Source: an uncultured Verrucomicrobiaceae bacterium (GTDB lineage Bacteria; Pseudomonadota; Gammaproteobacteria; Pseudomonadales; CAMLJR01). Taken from it: a DNA stretch of 64,000 nucleotides. How positions within the stretch are numbered: the stretch's first letter is position 1; every line of letters starts with the position of its first letter. The notes below the pieces were generated by a model that saw only the letters and a list, made by a program, of their open reading frames with translations, was not told the DNA's origin and searched no databases. Location: positions 7,311 to 71,310 of the forward strand of contig CAYLRA010000011.1 of the NCBI GenBank assembly GCA_964386045.1, written 5' to 3'. Shown here in pieces: positions 42,314 to 50,416 of the stretch. Made by a program: the position numbers and the translations under genes.

Positions 42314-42994
42314 ATGACGCGTTATCTCGACAGCACACCCTACGCCTGGCCATTCGACGGCAATCTGCAGCCGGACAACACCGCGCTGATCATCATCGAC
42401 ATGCAGACCGATTTCTGCGGCGAGGGTGGTTACGTCGACAGCATGGGTTACGACATCGCACTGACGCGCGCGCCGATCGAACCGATCGGCCGCGTGTTGC
42501 AGCGATTGCGCGAACTCGGCTTCTTCATCATCCACACCCGCGAGGGGCACCGCCCCGATCTCGCCGACCTGCCGGCCAACAAACGCTGGCGCTCGCGCCA
42601 GATCGGCGCCGGCATCGGCGATGCCGGACCGTGCGGGCGCATTCTGGTCAGGGGCGAGCCGGGCTGGGAGATCATCCCGGAGCTGGCTCCGCTGCCGGGC
42701 GAGGTGATCATCGACAAGCCGGGCAAGGGCTCGTTCTGTGCCACCGACCTCGATCTGATCCTGCGCACGCAGGGCATTCGCAACCTGATCCTGACCGGCA
42801 TCACCACCGATGTCTGCGTGCATACGACGATGCGCGAGGGCAACGATCGCGGCTTTGAGTGTGTGCTGCTGGCCGATTGCTGCGCCGCCACCGATCAGGC
42901 GAACCACGCGGCGGCGCTACATATGATTCACATGCAGGGTGGCGTGTTCGGCGCGGTATCAAACTCGACGGCGTTGCTGTCGACACTGGAGTAA
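42314..42994 (+). CDS. cysteine hydrolase (isochorismatase-like amidohydrolase) paralog 2
   Basis: [33 protein letters not shown]. It shares the long block [10 protein letters not shown]...[17 protein letters not shown] with paralog 1. 226 aa. Confidence 0.82.
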   Translation: MTRYLDSTPYAWPFDGNLQPDNTALIIIDMQTDFCGEGGYVDSMGYDIALTRAPIEPIGRVLQRLRELGFFIIHTREGHRPDLADLPANKRWRSRQIGAGIGDAGPCGRILVRGEPGWEIIPELAPLPGEVIIDKPGKGSFCATDLDLILRTQGIRNLILTGITTDVCVHTTMREGNDRGFECVLLADCCAATDQANHAAALHMIHMQGGVFGAVSNSTALLSTLE

Positions 42995-43001
42995 CCGACT
43001 C

Positions 43002-43352
43002 ATGGCGAGCGAGCTGCTGTTATGGCGCGACCTGTTGCGCCTCGATCCGGATGATCCGCATCTGGCATGGCAACCCTTTCGCGATGGCGTCGAGATGGTG
43101 CCGCTGCACAGTGTCGAGGGGCGCGGCGTCTGTTGTGCGTTGCTGCGGTATGCCGCCGGCGCATCGGTGCCGAGCCATACCCACACCGGGCTGGAGTATC
43201 TGCTGGTTCTGCGCGGCGATCAGCGCGACGATCGCGCCAGCTACACCGCCGGCGCCCTGCTGATCAACGAGCCGGGCTCGGTGCATCAGGTCAGCAGCGA
43301 TGGCGGTTGCATCGTACTGGCGATCTGGGAGGGGCCGGTGCGCTTCGATTGA
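43002..43352 (+). CDS. cupin-domain protein (ChrR-like cupin)
   Basis: YAAGASVPSHTHTGLEYLLVLRG...EPGSVHQV has the two-motif cupin metal-site pattern. 116 aa. Confidence 0.7.
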   Translation: MASELLLWRDLLRLDPDDPHLAWQPFRDGVEMVPLHSVEGRGVCCALLRYAAGASVPSHTHTGLEYLLVLRGDQRDDRASYTAGALLINEPGSVHQVSSDGGCIVLAIWEGPVRFD

Positions 43353-43397
43353 GTCGGCAGCGTCACCTGTCCGGCGTTCGCGCGGTGTGACGCGGCT

Positions 43398-44864
43398 TCA
43401 GTAGACATCCCGACGATAGCGACCCTGTTCGGTCAGCTGTTCCACGCGCTCCTCGCCCAGCAGTTCGTTCAGCACCGTGTGCACCGCTGGCGCCATGCCC
43501 TGCAGGCTGCCGCAGACATAGATCGCAGCGCCATCGTCGACCCATTGCTGCAGGGCTTTGCCGGCTTCGCGCAGGCGTTGCTGCACGTAGGCAGAATCTT
43601 CGTCGCGAGAGAAGGCGAGATCGACGCGGGTGAGGTGACCGCTTTGTTGCCACTGCTCGATTTCTTCGCGAAAGAAGTAGTCGTGCGCCGCGCTGCGCTC
43701 GCCGAACAGCAACCAGTTGTTGTGCTGGCCGCGCTGTTCGCGCGCCTGCAGCAGTGCGCGCAGGCCGGCGATGCCGGTGCCGTTGCCAATCAGGATCAGC
43801 GGGCAGTCGCTCGCCGGGGGATGGAAGTTGGCGTTGCTGCGCACGCGCAGGTCGACTTCGTCGCCGATGGCTGCGATGGCGGTCAGATAACCGGAGCCGA
43901 GGCCGAGGCTGCCGTCGGGGTGCCGATGCTGTCGTACTAACAGTTCAACTCTACCGCTCGCCCTCAGCGATGCGATGGAGTATTCGCGGTGCGGCAGCGG
44001 TGCGAGTGTATCCGTCGTCCTGCTTTCCCGACGCGGGCCGATCTCGGCGATGTCGCCGGCTTCCCAGGCGGCGTCGCCATCGAGCGGTTCCAGTGCGATG
44101 AAAAAGGCGGGCGCGCCGGCGCTGCCGGAATTTACGCAGCGGCGCGTGACGAGTCGCCAGCGGCCATAACCCGGGGCCTGCCAATCGGCCAGATCGGTGC
44201 GACCGCCGAGCAGGCCGAGATGGTGTTGCCAGTGACGCAGCGCGCCGCCGTCGCCGTTGTCGACTTCTACGGGGTCGAACAGCGGTTCGGCGCCCTGTGT
44301 CCGCAGCCAGTGGCCGAGACTTCGACCGAAACCGCAGTAGTCGCGGTAGCTGCTGTCGCCGAGTGACAGCAGACCGAACTGCAGCCGGTGCAGATCGGGT
44401 GCCTGCGTCATGACACGCCGCGCGAATGCGGCGGCCTGGTCGGGCGGGTCGCCCTCACCGTAGGTGCTGACGATGAACAGCGCGCGCTGGCAGTCGCGCA
44501 GCGTGTCGCCATCCAGCGCCGCCAGCGGCAGTAATCGCACCGGCAGTTGTGCCTGTTGCAACGCTTCGGCACTTTGCCAGGCGAGGCGTTCGGCGGTGCC
44601 GGTCTGGCTGGCGTAAGCGATCAACAGTGGCGCGGTATCGCCGCGGTCGCCTTTCATCAATGCCTGCACCGCATCGCGTTCACGCTGTTGTCGATGTCGG
44701 TGGCGCAGCCAGATCACACCGCAAAAGGCGAGATAGCCGGCGGTGGCGGTCGCCGCGCCGGTGTGGCGCAGGGCGGTATCGCTCAGAGCGAGCGCCGCCG
44801 GGCTGGTTGCAAGCAGCGGCAGCGCCAGCAGGCGCGATGCAAATTCGAGGAGTGCGGAGGGCAT
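43398..44864 (-). CDS. membrane-anchored flavodoxin/FAD/NAD(P)H oxidoreductase (CysJ/PiuB C-terminal-like)
   Basis: Two N-terminal hydrophobic segments. FMN motif LIAYASQTGTAE, FAD motif HREYSIAS, NAD(P)H motif LIGNGTGIAGLRA, C-terminal ...RYRRDVY. 488 aa. Confidence 0.85.
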   Translation of the reverse strand: MPSALLEFASRLLALPLLATSPAALALSDTALRHTGAATATAGYLAFCGVIWLRHRHRQQRERDAVQALMKGDRGDTAPLLIAYASQTGTAERLAWQSAEALQQAQLPVRLLPLAALDGDTLRDCQRALFIVSTYGEGDPPDQAAAFARRVMTQAPDLHRLQFGLLSLGDSSYRDYCGFGRSLGHWLRTQGAEPLFDPVEVDNGDGGALRHWQHHLGLLGGRTDLADWQAPGYGRWRLVTRRCVNSGSAGAPAFFIALEPLDGDAAWEAGDIAEIGPRRESRTTDTLAPLPHREYSIASLRASGRVELLVRQHRHPDGSLGLGSGYLTAIAAIGDEVDLRVRSNANFHPPASDCPLILIGNGTGIAGLRALLQAREQRGQHNNWLLFGERSAAHDYFFREEIEQWQQSGHLTRVDLAFSRDEDSAYVQQRLREAGKALQQWVDDGAAIYVCGSLQGMAPAVHTVLNELLGEERVEQLTEQGRYRRDVY

Positions 44865-44909
44865 GGCGGAGGTGAGTGTGCGCCGCCGGTCTCCCGGCGG
44901 CGCAGCCCG

Positions 44910-45731
44910 TTACTGCGGCAGCACTTCAAACGTCGCGACGTAGCTGCCGCGCCGCTGGGTCGCCGGCTTCTGCGCCTTGTCGTCCTGGTACTGCGCTTCC
45001 AGGAAATACTGGCCGGCGGTCGGCCAGGTGATGGCGAAACGCCCCTGCCTGTCGGCGACCGCCTCGATCGCCTGCTGGCCGTCGCGGTAGCGCATCCCGG
45101 CCGGCAGCACGGTGACCTTGGCGCCGACGGCGGGCTGGCCGTCGATCAGCAGCGCGAAGGTGGCGGCCTCGCCGGCGAACAGGTCGTTGGGGTGGGTGAC
45201 CGGTGCCAGTTCGAGCCCCTGGCCGGTCGGCTTCAGCACGGCGTCGCTCGGGTTGCCGGCGGTGACGAAGGTCTCCAGCCGCCGCGACGACTGCGTGACG
45301 CGCAGGTTATCGGCCTTCTTCGGCACGGCCTTGTCGAAGCCCTCCTGGGTGAACGGCGTGCCGCGCTGCGGCCACATCTTGCGCTGGCCATTCTCTTCCC
45401 ACATGGCGTTCAGGCCGCTGCTGGCGGAGAAGACCTTGTAGGTGCCTTTCTGCGGCAGTTGCAGGTCGAAGGTGCTGCGGTGCTTGCCGGAGGCCGCGTT
45501 CTGCAACGGCACCTCCTTGCCGTCCGGCCCCACCGCCTTGACGCCTTCGAGGCGCATGGCGTGGTGGTCGGGGTGGAAGATGTCGTTGGAGATGGCGGCG
45601 TCGAAGGTGACCCACGGCTCGTCGCTGGAGAGCACGGTGGCGGCCGGCACGATCCAGGCGCGGTGCGCGTGGGCGGCGAACGGCAGGGTGAGCGCCAGTG
45701 CGATGGCGGCGGGTTTGACGAAACGTTTCAT
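44910..45731 (-). CDS. DUF4198-family periplasmic protein
   Basis: Signal peptide MKRFVKPAAIALALTLPFAAHA, then HRAWIVPAATVLSSDEPWVTFDAAISNDIF, typical of DUF4198. 273 aa. The rest of track ORF 44910..46388 is an upstream artefact. Confidence 0.75.
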   Translation of the reverse strand: MKRFVKPAAIALALTLPFAAHAHRAWIVPAATVLSSDEPWVTFDAAISNDIFHPDHHAMRLEGVKAVGPDGKEVPLQNAASGKHRSTFDLQLPQKGTYKVFSASSGLNAMWEENGQRKMWPQRGTPFTQEGFDKAVPKKADNLRVTQSSRRLETFVTAGNPSDAVLKPTGQGLELAPVTHPNDLFAGEAATFALLIDGQPAVGAKVTVLPAGMRYRDGQQAIEAVADRQGRFAITWPTAGQYFLEAQYQDDKAQKPATQRRGSYVATFEVLPQ

Positions 45732-45784
45732 GGACGGACTCCTGGTGTGGGGTGTCGTGTGTGGCCGGCGCGAATCGCGGCGGC

Positions 45785-46315
45785 TCAGGGTTTCAGTTCG
45801 ACGGTGATGGCGCCGAGCTCGCTGCTGCCTTTGCCCTCCAGCTTCTGCGGTGCCTTCGGCGGCCACTGGAACGGGATCTCGACCAGCTCGCGACCACCGA
45901 CCTCGCGCGCCGCCTCGACCAGCAATCGGTAGCTGCCGGCGGGCAGGTCGCCGAGCGGTGCCTTGCCACTGCTGAACGAGACGGTGTGGCTGCCCGGCGC
46001 GCGGGTGGCGCCGCTGACGCCGTCGATCGGCAGGTCGAGTTCGCGGCCGCTGCGGCGCCACCACTGGCGCATGTCCTTCAGCCACTTCTCGCCCTCGTCG
46101 TTCTTCATCTTCACGTCGTACCAGATGGCGAGGTTGGCGGCGACGCTGCGGTCCTCGCGCTCGATCCAGATCGCGGTGTAGGGGCGGTGGTACTCCGCCA
46201 CCTGCAGGCGCGGAATCTCCACCGTCACCGAAAGCTCGGTGGCCTGCGCCGGCAGCGCCAGTGACAGGCCGAGCAGCGGTGCGGCAAGGGCGGTGAAGCG
46301 GAAGGTACTGGTCAT
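45785..46315 (-). CDS. DUF2271-family periplasmic protein with an SGAT flavinylation-type motif
   Basis: Signal peptide MTSTFRFTALAAPLLGLSLALPAQA. AEYHRPYTAIWIE matches the DUF2271 hallmark as I remember it. DGVSGAT is at residues 98-104 (nt 46004-46024). 176 aa. Confidence 0.75.
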   Translation of the reverse strand: MTSTFRFTALAAPLLGLSLALPAQATELSVTVEIPRLQVAEYHRPYTAIWIEREDRSVAANLAIWYDVKMKNDEGEKWLKDMRQWWRRSGRELDLPIDGVSGATRAPGSHTVSFSSGKAPLGDLPAGSYRLLVEAAREVGGRELVEIPFQWPPKAPQKLEGKGSSELGAITVELKP

Positions 46316-46341
46316 GGTGTTCCCCCGGTCGTGTGAAAAGG

Positions 46342-46983
46342 TCAGGCGTGAATGAAAAGCAGTGCCAGCAGCAGCGGCGCCAGCACACCGAGGCCGACCA
46401 CCGGCCAGGTGGCGGGGCGGTGGCCGCCGTGCAGCTGCAGCAGCACCAGCCCGGTCAGGCAGAACACCAGGCAGGCACCGGCGAAGATGTCGAGGAACCA
46501 GCTCCAGGCGGTGCCGGTGTTGCGCCCCTTGTGCAGGTCGTTGAGGTAGGAAACCCAGCCACGATCGGTGCGCTCGAACAGCACCTCGCCGCTGTCGCGG
46601 TCGATGCTGAGCCAGGCATCGCCGCCGGGGCGCGGCAGCGGCAGGTAGATCTCGCCGTCGGACCACTCCGCCACCCGGCTGCCGACGTCGACCGCCAGCG
46701 TCTCGCCAATCCAGTCGCGCAGTGCGGCGGGCAGCGCGGCCTCGCCGCTGTCGGCTTCGGCGCGCAGCGCGTCGAGCAGCGCGGCCGGCAGCGTGCCCTC
46801 GCGGCTCTCGATACGCGGCTTGGCCTCGATCTGCGCGGCATGGTTCAGCGTGATGCCGGTGATGGCGAACAGGATCATGCCGACCAGACAGAGGGCCGAG
46901 CTGATCCAGTGCCACTGGTGCAGCGTTTTCAGCCAGTAACCGCGGCGGGCGGCATCGGAGGGAGCGTGAGAGGTATCGGGCAT
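46342..46983 (-). CDS. short PepSY-associated TM-helix protein
   Basis: RGYWLKTLHQWHWISSALCLVGMILFAITGITLNH..., a central periplasmic segment, then LNDLHKGRNTG..WSWFLDIFAGACLVFCLTGLVL. 213 aa from the ATG at 46983. Confidence 0.75.
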   Translation of the reverse strand: MPDTSHAPSDAARRGYWLKTLHQWHWISSALCLVGMILFAITGITLNHAAQIEAKPRIESREGTLPAALLDALRAEADSGEAALPAALRDWIGETLAVDVGSRVAEWSDGEIYLPLPRPGGDAWLSIDRDSGEVLFERTDRGWVSYLNDLHKGRNTGTAWSWFLDIFAGACLVFCLTGLVLLQLHGGHRPATWPVVGLGVLAPLLLALLFIHA

Positions 46984-47093
46984 GGAAGTCGGGCGGGAAG
47001 ATGTCAGGTGCGCTACTCCATCACGAGTGAGAATGAGTCGCAATAAGTGATTGGTGCTTTCCCACTTTTTCCATAGTTTGGTGACTCCGAAGG

Positions 47094-47121
47094 TCGACGG
47101 GCAGCCATGCGGCTGCCCGTC
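47094..47121 (-). other. perfect 12-bp stem-loop just downstream of the receptor stop codon (intra-operon hairpin)
   Basis: CGACGGGCAGCC-atgc-GGCTGCCCGTCG. No U-tract follows on the coding (minus) strand. Confidence 0.6.
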
Positions 47122-47130
47122 GATCGATCG

Positions 47131-49563
47131 TCAGAACTGCACGTTGACGCTCATCCAGAAGCTGCGGGCCGCATCCTTGTTGTTGTAGTCGTCGAAGTAG
47201 AGAATCTCGTTGGTGCTGCTGCCATAGACACCATCACCATCCAGATCGCGGAACTCGGTCCGGTAGGTGGTGAAGTCCTTGTCCAGCAGGTTGTTGACCC
47301 GGCCGTTGATCTTGATGTTATCGGTCAGCTGGTAGCCGATGCCGAGGTGGAGCACCTCGTAGTCCTTGTAGTACAGCGCCTCGTCGGTCAGCGTGTGCTG
47401 GCCGCGATAGCGCCTGGAGCGGGCCTCCATGGTCAGGAACAGGTTCAACGGCTCCAGCACCTGCCAGTCCAGCGTCACGTTGGCCATGTGCTTGGCGCTG
47501 TTGCCGAGCGGCTGGCCCTTGTTGGCACCGCTCTTCTGCTCGCTGTCGGTGTAGGTGTAGTTGGCGCGCAATGCCCAGTTGTCGAGGAACTGCCAGCGAC
47601 CGGCCAGCTCCACGCCGTCGATCACCACTTCGTCGATATTGACCGTCCGGTTGCTCGACGAGTAGCCGAGGTCGGCGAACTCCCCACTGCTGGCGCAGGC
47701 AAGGGCCGTACCGCCGCCGCAGGGTTGCGAGGCGATCTTGTCCTCGAACTCGTTGCGGAACACGGTGGCGTTGAAGTTGTGGCCGTTCGGGTGCTGCCAG
47801 TAGACGGCTGCCTCGGTGGTGACGCTGGTTTCCGGCTCCAGGTCGGGGTTGCCGAACATCGGCGAGGTGCCCTGGCTGCCGAAGCCGGTGATGCCGTCGT
47901 AGAGCTGGGTGGTCTTCGGCGTCTTGTAGCCGGTGCTGACACCGCCCTTGACCGTCCACTGCGCGTTGACGGTGTAGACGCCATACAGGCGCGGGCTCAG
48001 CTGTTCGCCGAACACCTCGTGGTCGTCATGGCGCAGGCCGAAGGTGATGGCCAGCGGCTCGATGACATACCAGGTGTCCTCGGCGAACAGCGACCACATG
48101 TTGTGTTCCTGTACCTGACCGGGGGTGCCCTCTTCCATGCCGAACACGCCGTCTTCCAGTTCGCCCCGGATCACCTGGGTGCCGACCACCAGAATGTGCT
48201 GTCCTGCCAGTTCGAACGGCATGTCCAGCTTGGCGTCCAGCGTGTACTGGTTGCTCTCCATGGTGCGCTTGGGGCGTGGCAGGAAGGTCGACTCGGCCAG
48301 TGCCTTGCGCTCGTCGGTGGTCATGCCGGCATAGGCGCCGGTGCCGTCGAACATGGCCAGCAGGTGTTCGCGCTCGGCCACGGTGAAGGGCAGGGTACGG
48401 CCTTCGTTGTTGGTCTCGACATAGGCCAGCGAGACGAAGCTGTTGCCGAAATCCCAGGTACCGTCGTGGGTCAGCGCCCAGCTGTCGCGGGTGAACTCCT
48501 GGGTGGGGGCGTAGCCCGCGCGCGGGTTGGCGCGGCGCGACCAGGTGCCGCCATTGCCGGTGCAGGCGCCGGCATTGTTGCCGGCGGCGCCCAGACAGAA
48601 GTTGCCCGCTGTCCAGATGGCGTCGATGTTGTCCACCGTGCCGACCGGGTACTCCAGCACGCCGGCGTCGTTGGTCTTGATCTTGTTGTCGTACTCCTGT
48701 TTCGACGTATCCCAGTCCAGCGTCACGGTCTGGTTCCCGGTCGGTGTCCAGACCAGGCTGATACCGCCGGCGACATTGGTGTTGTCGACGGTCTTGCCGC
48801 CGCCGCCGAAACTCATGGGGCGGATATGCGCGGCGCCGGCCGGATCGGTGATGGGGGCGTAGGTCGGGTTGGAGGCGTCGCTCTCGTAGCGGCTGCCGCG
48901 CAGCGTCAGGTTCAGCAGGCCGGGTACCAGCGGGCCGGAGAGGAAGGCGTCCAGCGTGTTGTCGTCACCGAAGGCGTCGTCCGACTGCGCGGTGTAGCCG
49001 GCGGTGATCGAGGCGCTCCACTTCTCTGCATTCTTCTTGGTGATGATGTTGATGACACCGCCCATGGCATCGGCGCCATACAGCGTCGAGGCGGGGCCGC
49101 GGATCACTTCGATGCGCTCGATCGCATCCAGCGGCGGGATGTGGTTGAACTGGTTGCCGCCAAAGCTGTTCGGATAGATGTCGCCGTGGTTGCTCTGGCG
49201 TTTGCCGTCCACCAGGATCAGCGTGTAGTCGGAGCCCATGCCACGCAGGGAGATGGTGCCCTGGCCGGTCTTGTCGCGGGTTTCGCCGACATCCACCCCC
49301 TCCAGGTCGCGCACCGCGTCCAGCAGCGTCGTGTAGGGGCGCTTGCTCAGCTCCTTCTGTTCGATGACCGAGATACTGGCCGGTGCGTCGACCAGCTTCT
49401 GCTCGAAACCGGCGGCGCTGACCACCTTGACCGGTTCCAGCGTGACCGTCGCCGCGTCGTCCGCCGCCGCCGGCGCGGCGAGCAGGATCTGGGAGAGCAG
49501 GGCGGCGGATGTGGCGGCGACCAGCGGGCGCACGCGGTGTGCCTGGGCAAAGATAAGAGTCAT
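47131..49563 (-). CDS. TonB-dependent receptor (CirA/catecholate-type architecture, no N-terminal signalling domain)
   Basis: Signal peptide, plug region DAPASISVIEQKELSKRPYTTLLDAVRDLEGVDV...ISLRGMGSDYTLILVDGKR, IEVIRGPASTLYGADAMGGVINIITKK, C-terminal ...SFWMSVNVQF. 810 aa. RBS GAGGAAG. Confidence 0.92.
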   Translation of the reverse strand: MTLIFAQAHRVRPLVAATSAALLSQILLAAPAAADDAATVTLEPVKVVSAAGFEQKLVDAPASISVIEQKELSKRPYTTLLDAVRDLEGVDVGETRDKTGQGTISLRGMGSDYTLILVDGKRQSNHGDIYPNSFGGNQFNHIPPLDAIERIEVIRGPASTLYGADAMGGVINIITKKNAEKWSASITAGYTAQSDDAFGDDNTLDAFLSGPLVPGLLNLTLRGSRYESDASNPTYAPITDPAGAAHIRPMSFGGGGKTVDNTNVAGGISLVWTPTGNQTVTLDWDTSKQEYDNKIKTNDAGVLEYPVGTVDNIDAIWTAGNFCLGAAGNNAGACTGNGGTWSRRANPRAGYAPTQEFTRDSWALTHDGTWDFGNSFVSLAYVETNNEGRTLPFTVAEREHLLAMFDGTGAYAGMTTDERKALAESTFLPRPKRTMESNQYTLDAKLDMPFELAGQHILVVGTQVIRGELEDGVFGMEEGTPGQVQEHNMWSLFAEDTWYVIEPLAITFGLRHDDHEVFGEQLSPRLYGVYTVNAQWTVKGGVSTGYKTPKTTQLYDGITGFGSQGTSPMFGNPDLEPETSVTTEAAVYWQHPNGHNFNATVFRNEFEDKIASQPCGGGTALACASSGEFADLGYSSSNRTVNIDEVVIDGVELAGRWQFLDNWALRANYTYTDSEQKSGANKGQPLGNSAKHMANVTLDWQVLEPLNLFLTMEARSRRYRGQHTLTDEALYYKDYEVLHLGIGYQLTDNIKINGRVNNLLDKDFTTYRTEFRDLDGDGVYGSSTNEILYFDDYNNKDAARSFWMSVNVQF

Positions 49564-49664
49564 TACTACTTCCTCTTGATAATAGTTCTCGTTTGTAACA
49601 GAGAGGAAGACGAACCACCCGAAGAAACCCGTAACGCGCCGGGAAAAAAGTGGTCGCCCCGGGT

Positions 49665-50240
49665 TCAGCGCTCCAGCCGTGCGCGCAGATGATCCAGGGC
49701 GCGCGCCGTCTGTTTTTCCACTGTGCTCAGCGAGACGCCCAGTTCGCGCGCGATCTGCGGGTGGGTTACGCCGTGCAGGCGTGAGGACTGAAAGATGCGC
49801 TGCGTCTGCGGCGGCAGCTCCGCCAGCGCCCGCGCCAGCAGCTCCAGCTCCTGCCGTGCAGCGACCACGCTGTCGAGCTCGGGGCTTTCGCCGGTCACTT
49901 CGTACAGGTAGGCGAGGCTTTCATCCAGCACCGAGCGCCTCCCGTGAATGCGCTGGTGGTCGATGGCCAGATTGCGGGCGATGCGGAAGATGAACGCGCG
50001 CAGGTCGTCGATCGGCTGGCCCGCGTGCGCGACCAGGCGCAGGTAGGTCTCCTGGACGAGATCCGCGGCGGTCTGGGTGCAGTGCAGCTGCCCGCGCAGG
50101 AACTGGCGCACCTCCAGCGCGTGGGTGCGGAAGGCGTTGTTCAACTGTTCGGCGCTCAAGGAGGAGGTGTTGGCCACGGCAGAGGGTTCGGCAACGGGTG
50201 TTCGACAACCTGGGAGGTCTGGAAGGACCTTTAGATACAC
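49665..50240 (-). CDS. ECF-type sigma-70 family factor (iron-starvation type); start codon uncertain
   Basis: Region 2 DLVQETYLRLV...FIFRIARNLAIDHQR and region 4 RIFQSSRLHGVTHPQIARELGVSLSTVEKQ. The ATG at 50240 lies only 6 nt from the Fur box, so a downstream start such as GTG at 50177 is possible. Confidence 0.82.
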   Translation of the reverse strand: MYLKVLPDLPGCRTPVAEPSAVANTSSLSAEQLNNAFRTHALEVRQFLRGQLHCTQTAADLVQETYLRLVAHAGQPIDDLRAFIFRIARNLAIDHQRIHGRRSVLDESLAYLYEVTGESPELDSVVAARQELELLARALAELPPQTQRIFQSSRLHGVTHPQIARELGVSLSTVEKQTARALDHLRARLER

Positions 50241-50245
50241 GAAGC

Positions 50246-50264
50246 ACTAATGATAATCAATATT
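50246..50264. promoter_or_regulatory. Fur box
   Basis: ACTAATGATAATCAATATT matches the 19-mer consensus GATAATGATAATCATTATC at 15 of 19 positions. It sits in the only AT-rich patch nearby, immediately upstream of the ECF sigma gene. Confidence 0.75.
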
Positions 50265-50310
50265 ATTATTAAAAGTGGCTGCCAAATTGGGTGTGGGCGG
50301 TGGACAGGGG

Positions 50311-50338
50311 CAAAAAAAAGCCGCCTTTCGGCGGCGTC
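50311..50338 (-). terminator. rho-independent terminator of the 50417-50698 gene
   Basis: On the minus strand, GCCGCC-gaaa-GGCGGC is followed by TTTTTTTT. Confidence 0.8.
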
Positions 50339-50416
50339 ACAGTCTCATCATCGATGAGCTGATCCGAACAACAACGTCGAGAGTGCCATGGGTGGAAATC
50401 TTGAAAGCCGCGAAAG

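Noticed and set aside
49572-49590. Fur-like sequence (minus strand GAGAACTATTATCAAGAGG) between the ECF sigma and receptor genes.
   Set aside because: Only about 11 of 19 positions match the consensus. It overlaps the receptor RBS region, where an ECF-dependent promoter is more likely. Kept only as a weak possibility.
47107-49692. 861-aa plus-strand ORF, and many other very long ORFs antisense to real genes (for example 1479-2762, 12068-13621, 21830-24166, 29499-31220, 40602-42155, 44547-45932, 60910-62376).
   Set aside because: They lie exactly opposite well-supported genes (TonB receptor, rfbB, lepA, relA, tsaB/uppP, permease, trmD/rplS). Their translations are Arg/Ala/Gly/Pro-rich low-complexity strings with no motifs. 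Such stop-free antisense frames are expected in GC-rich DNA.
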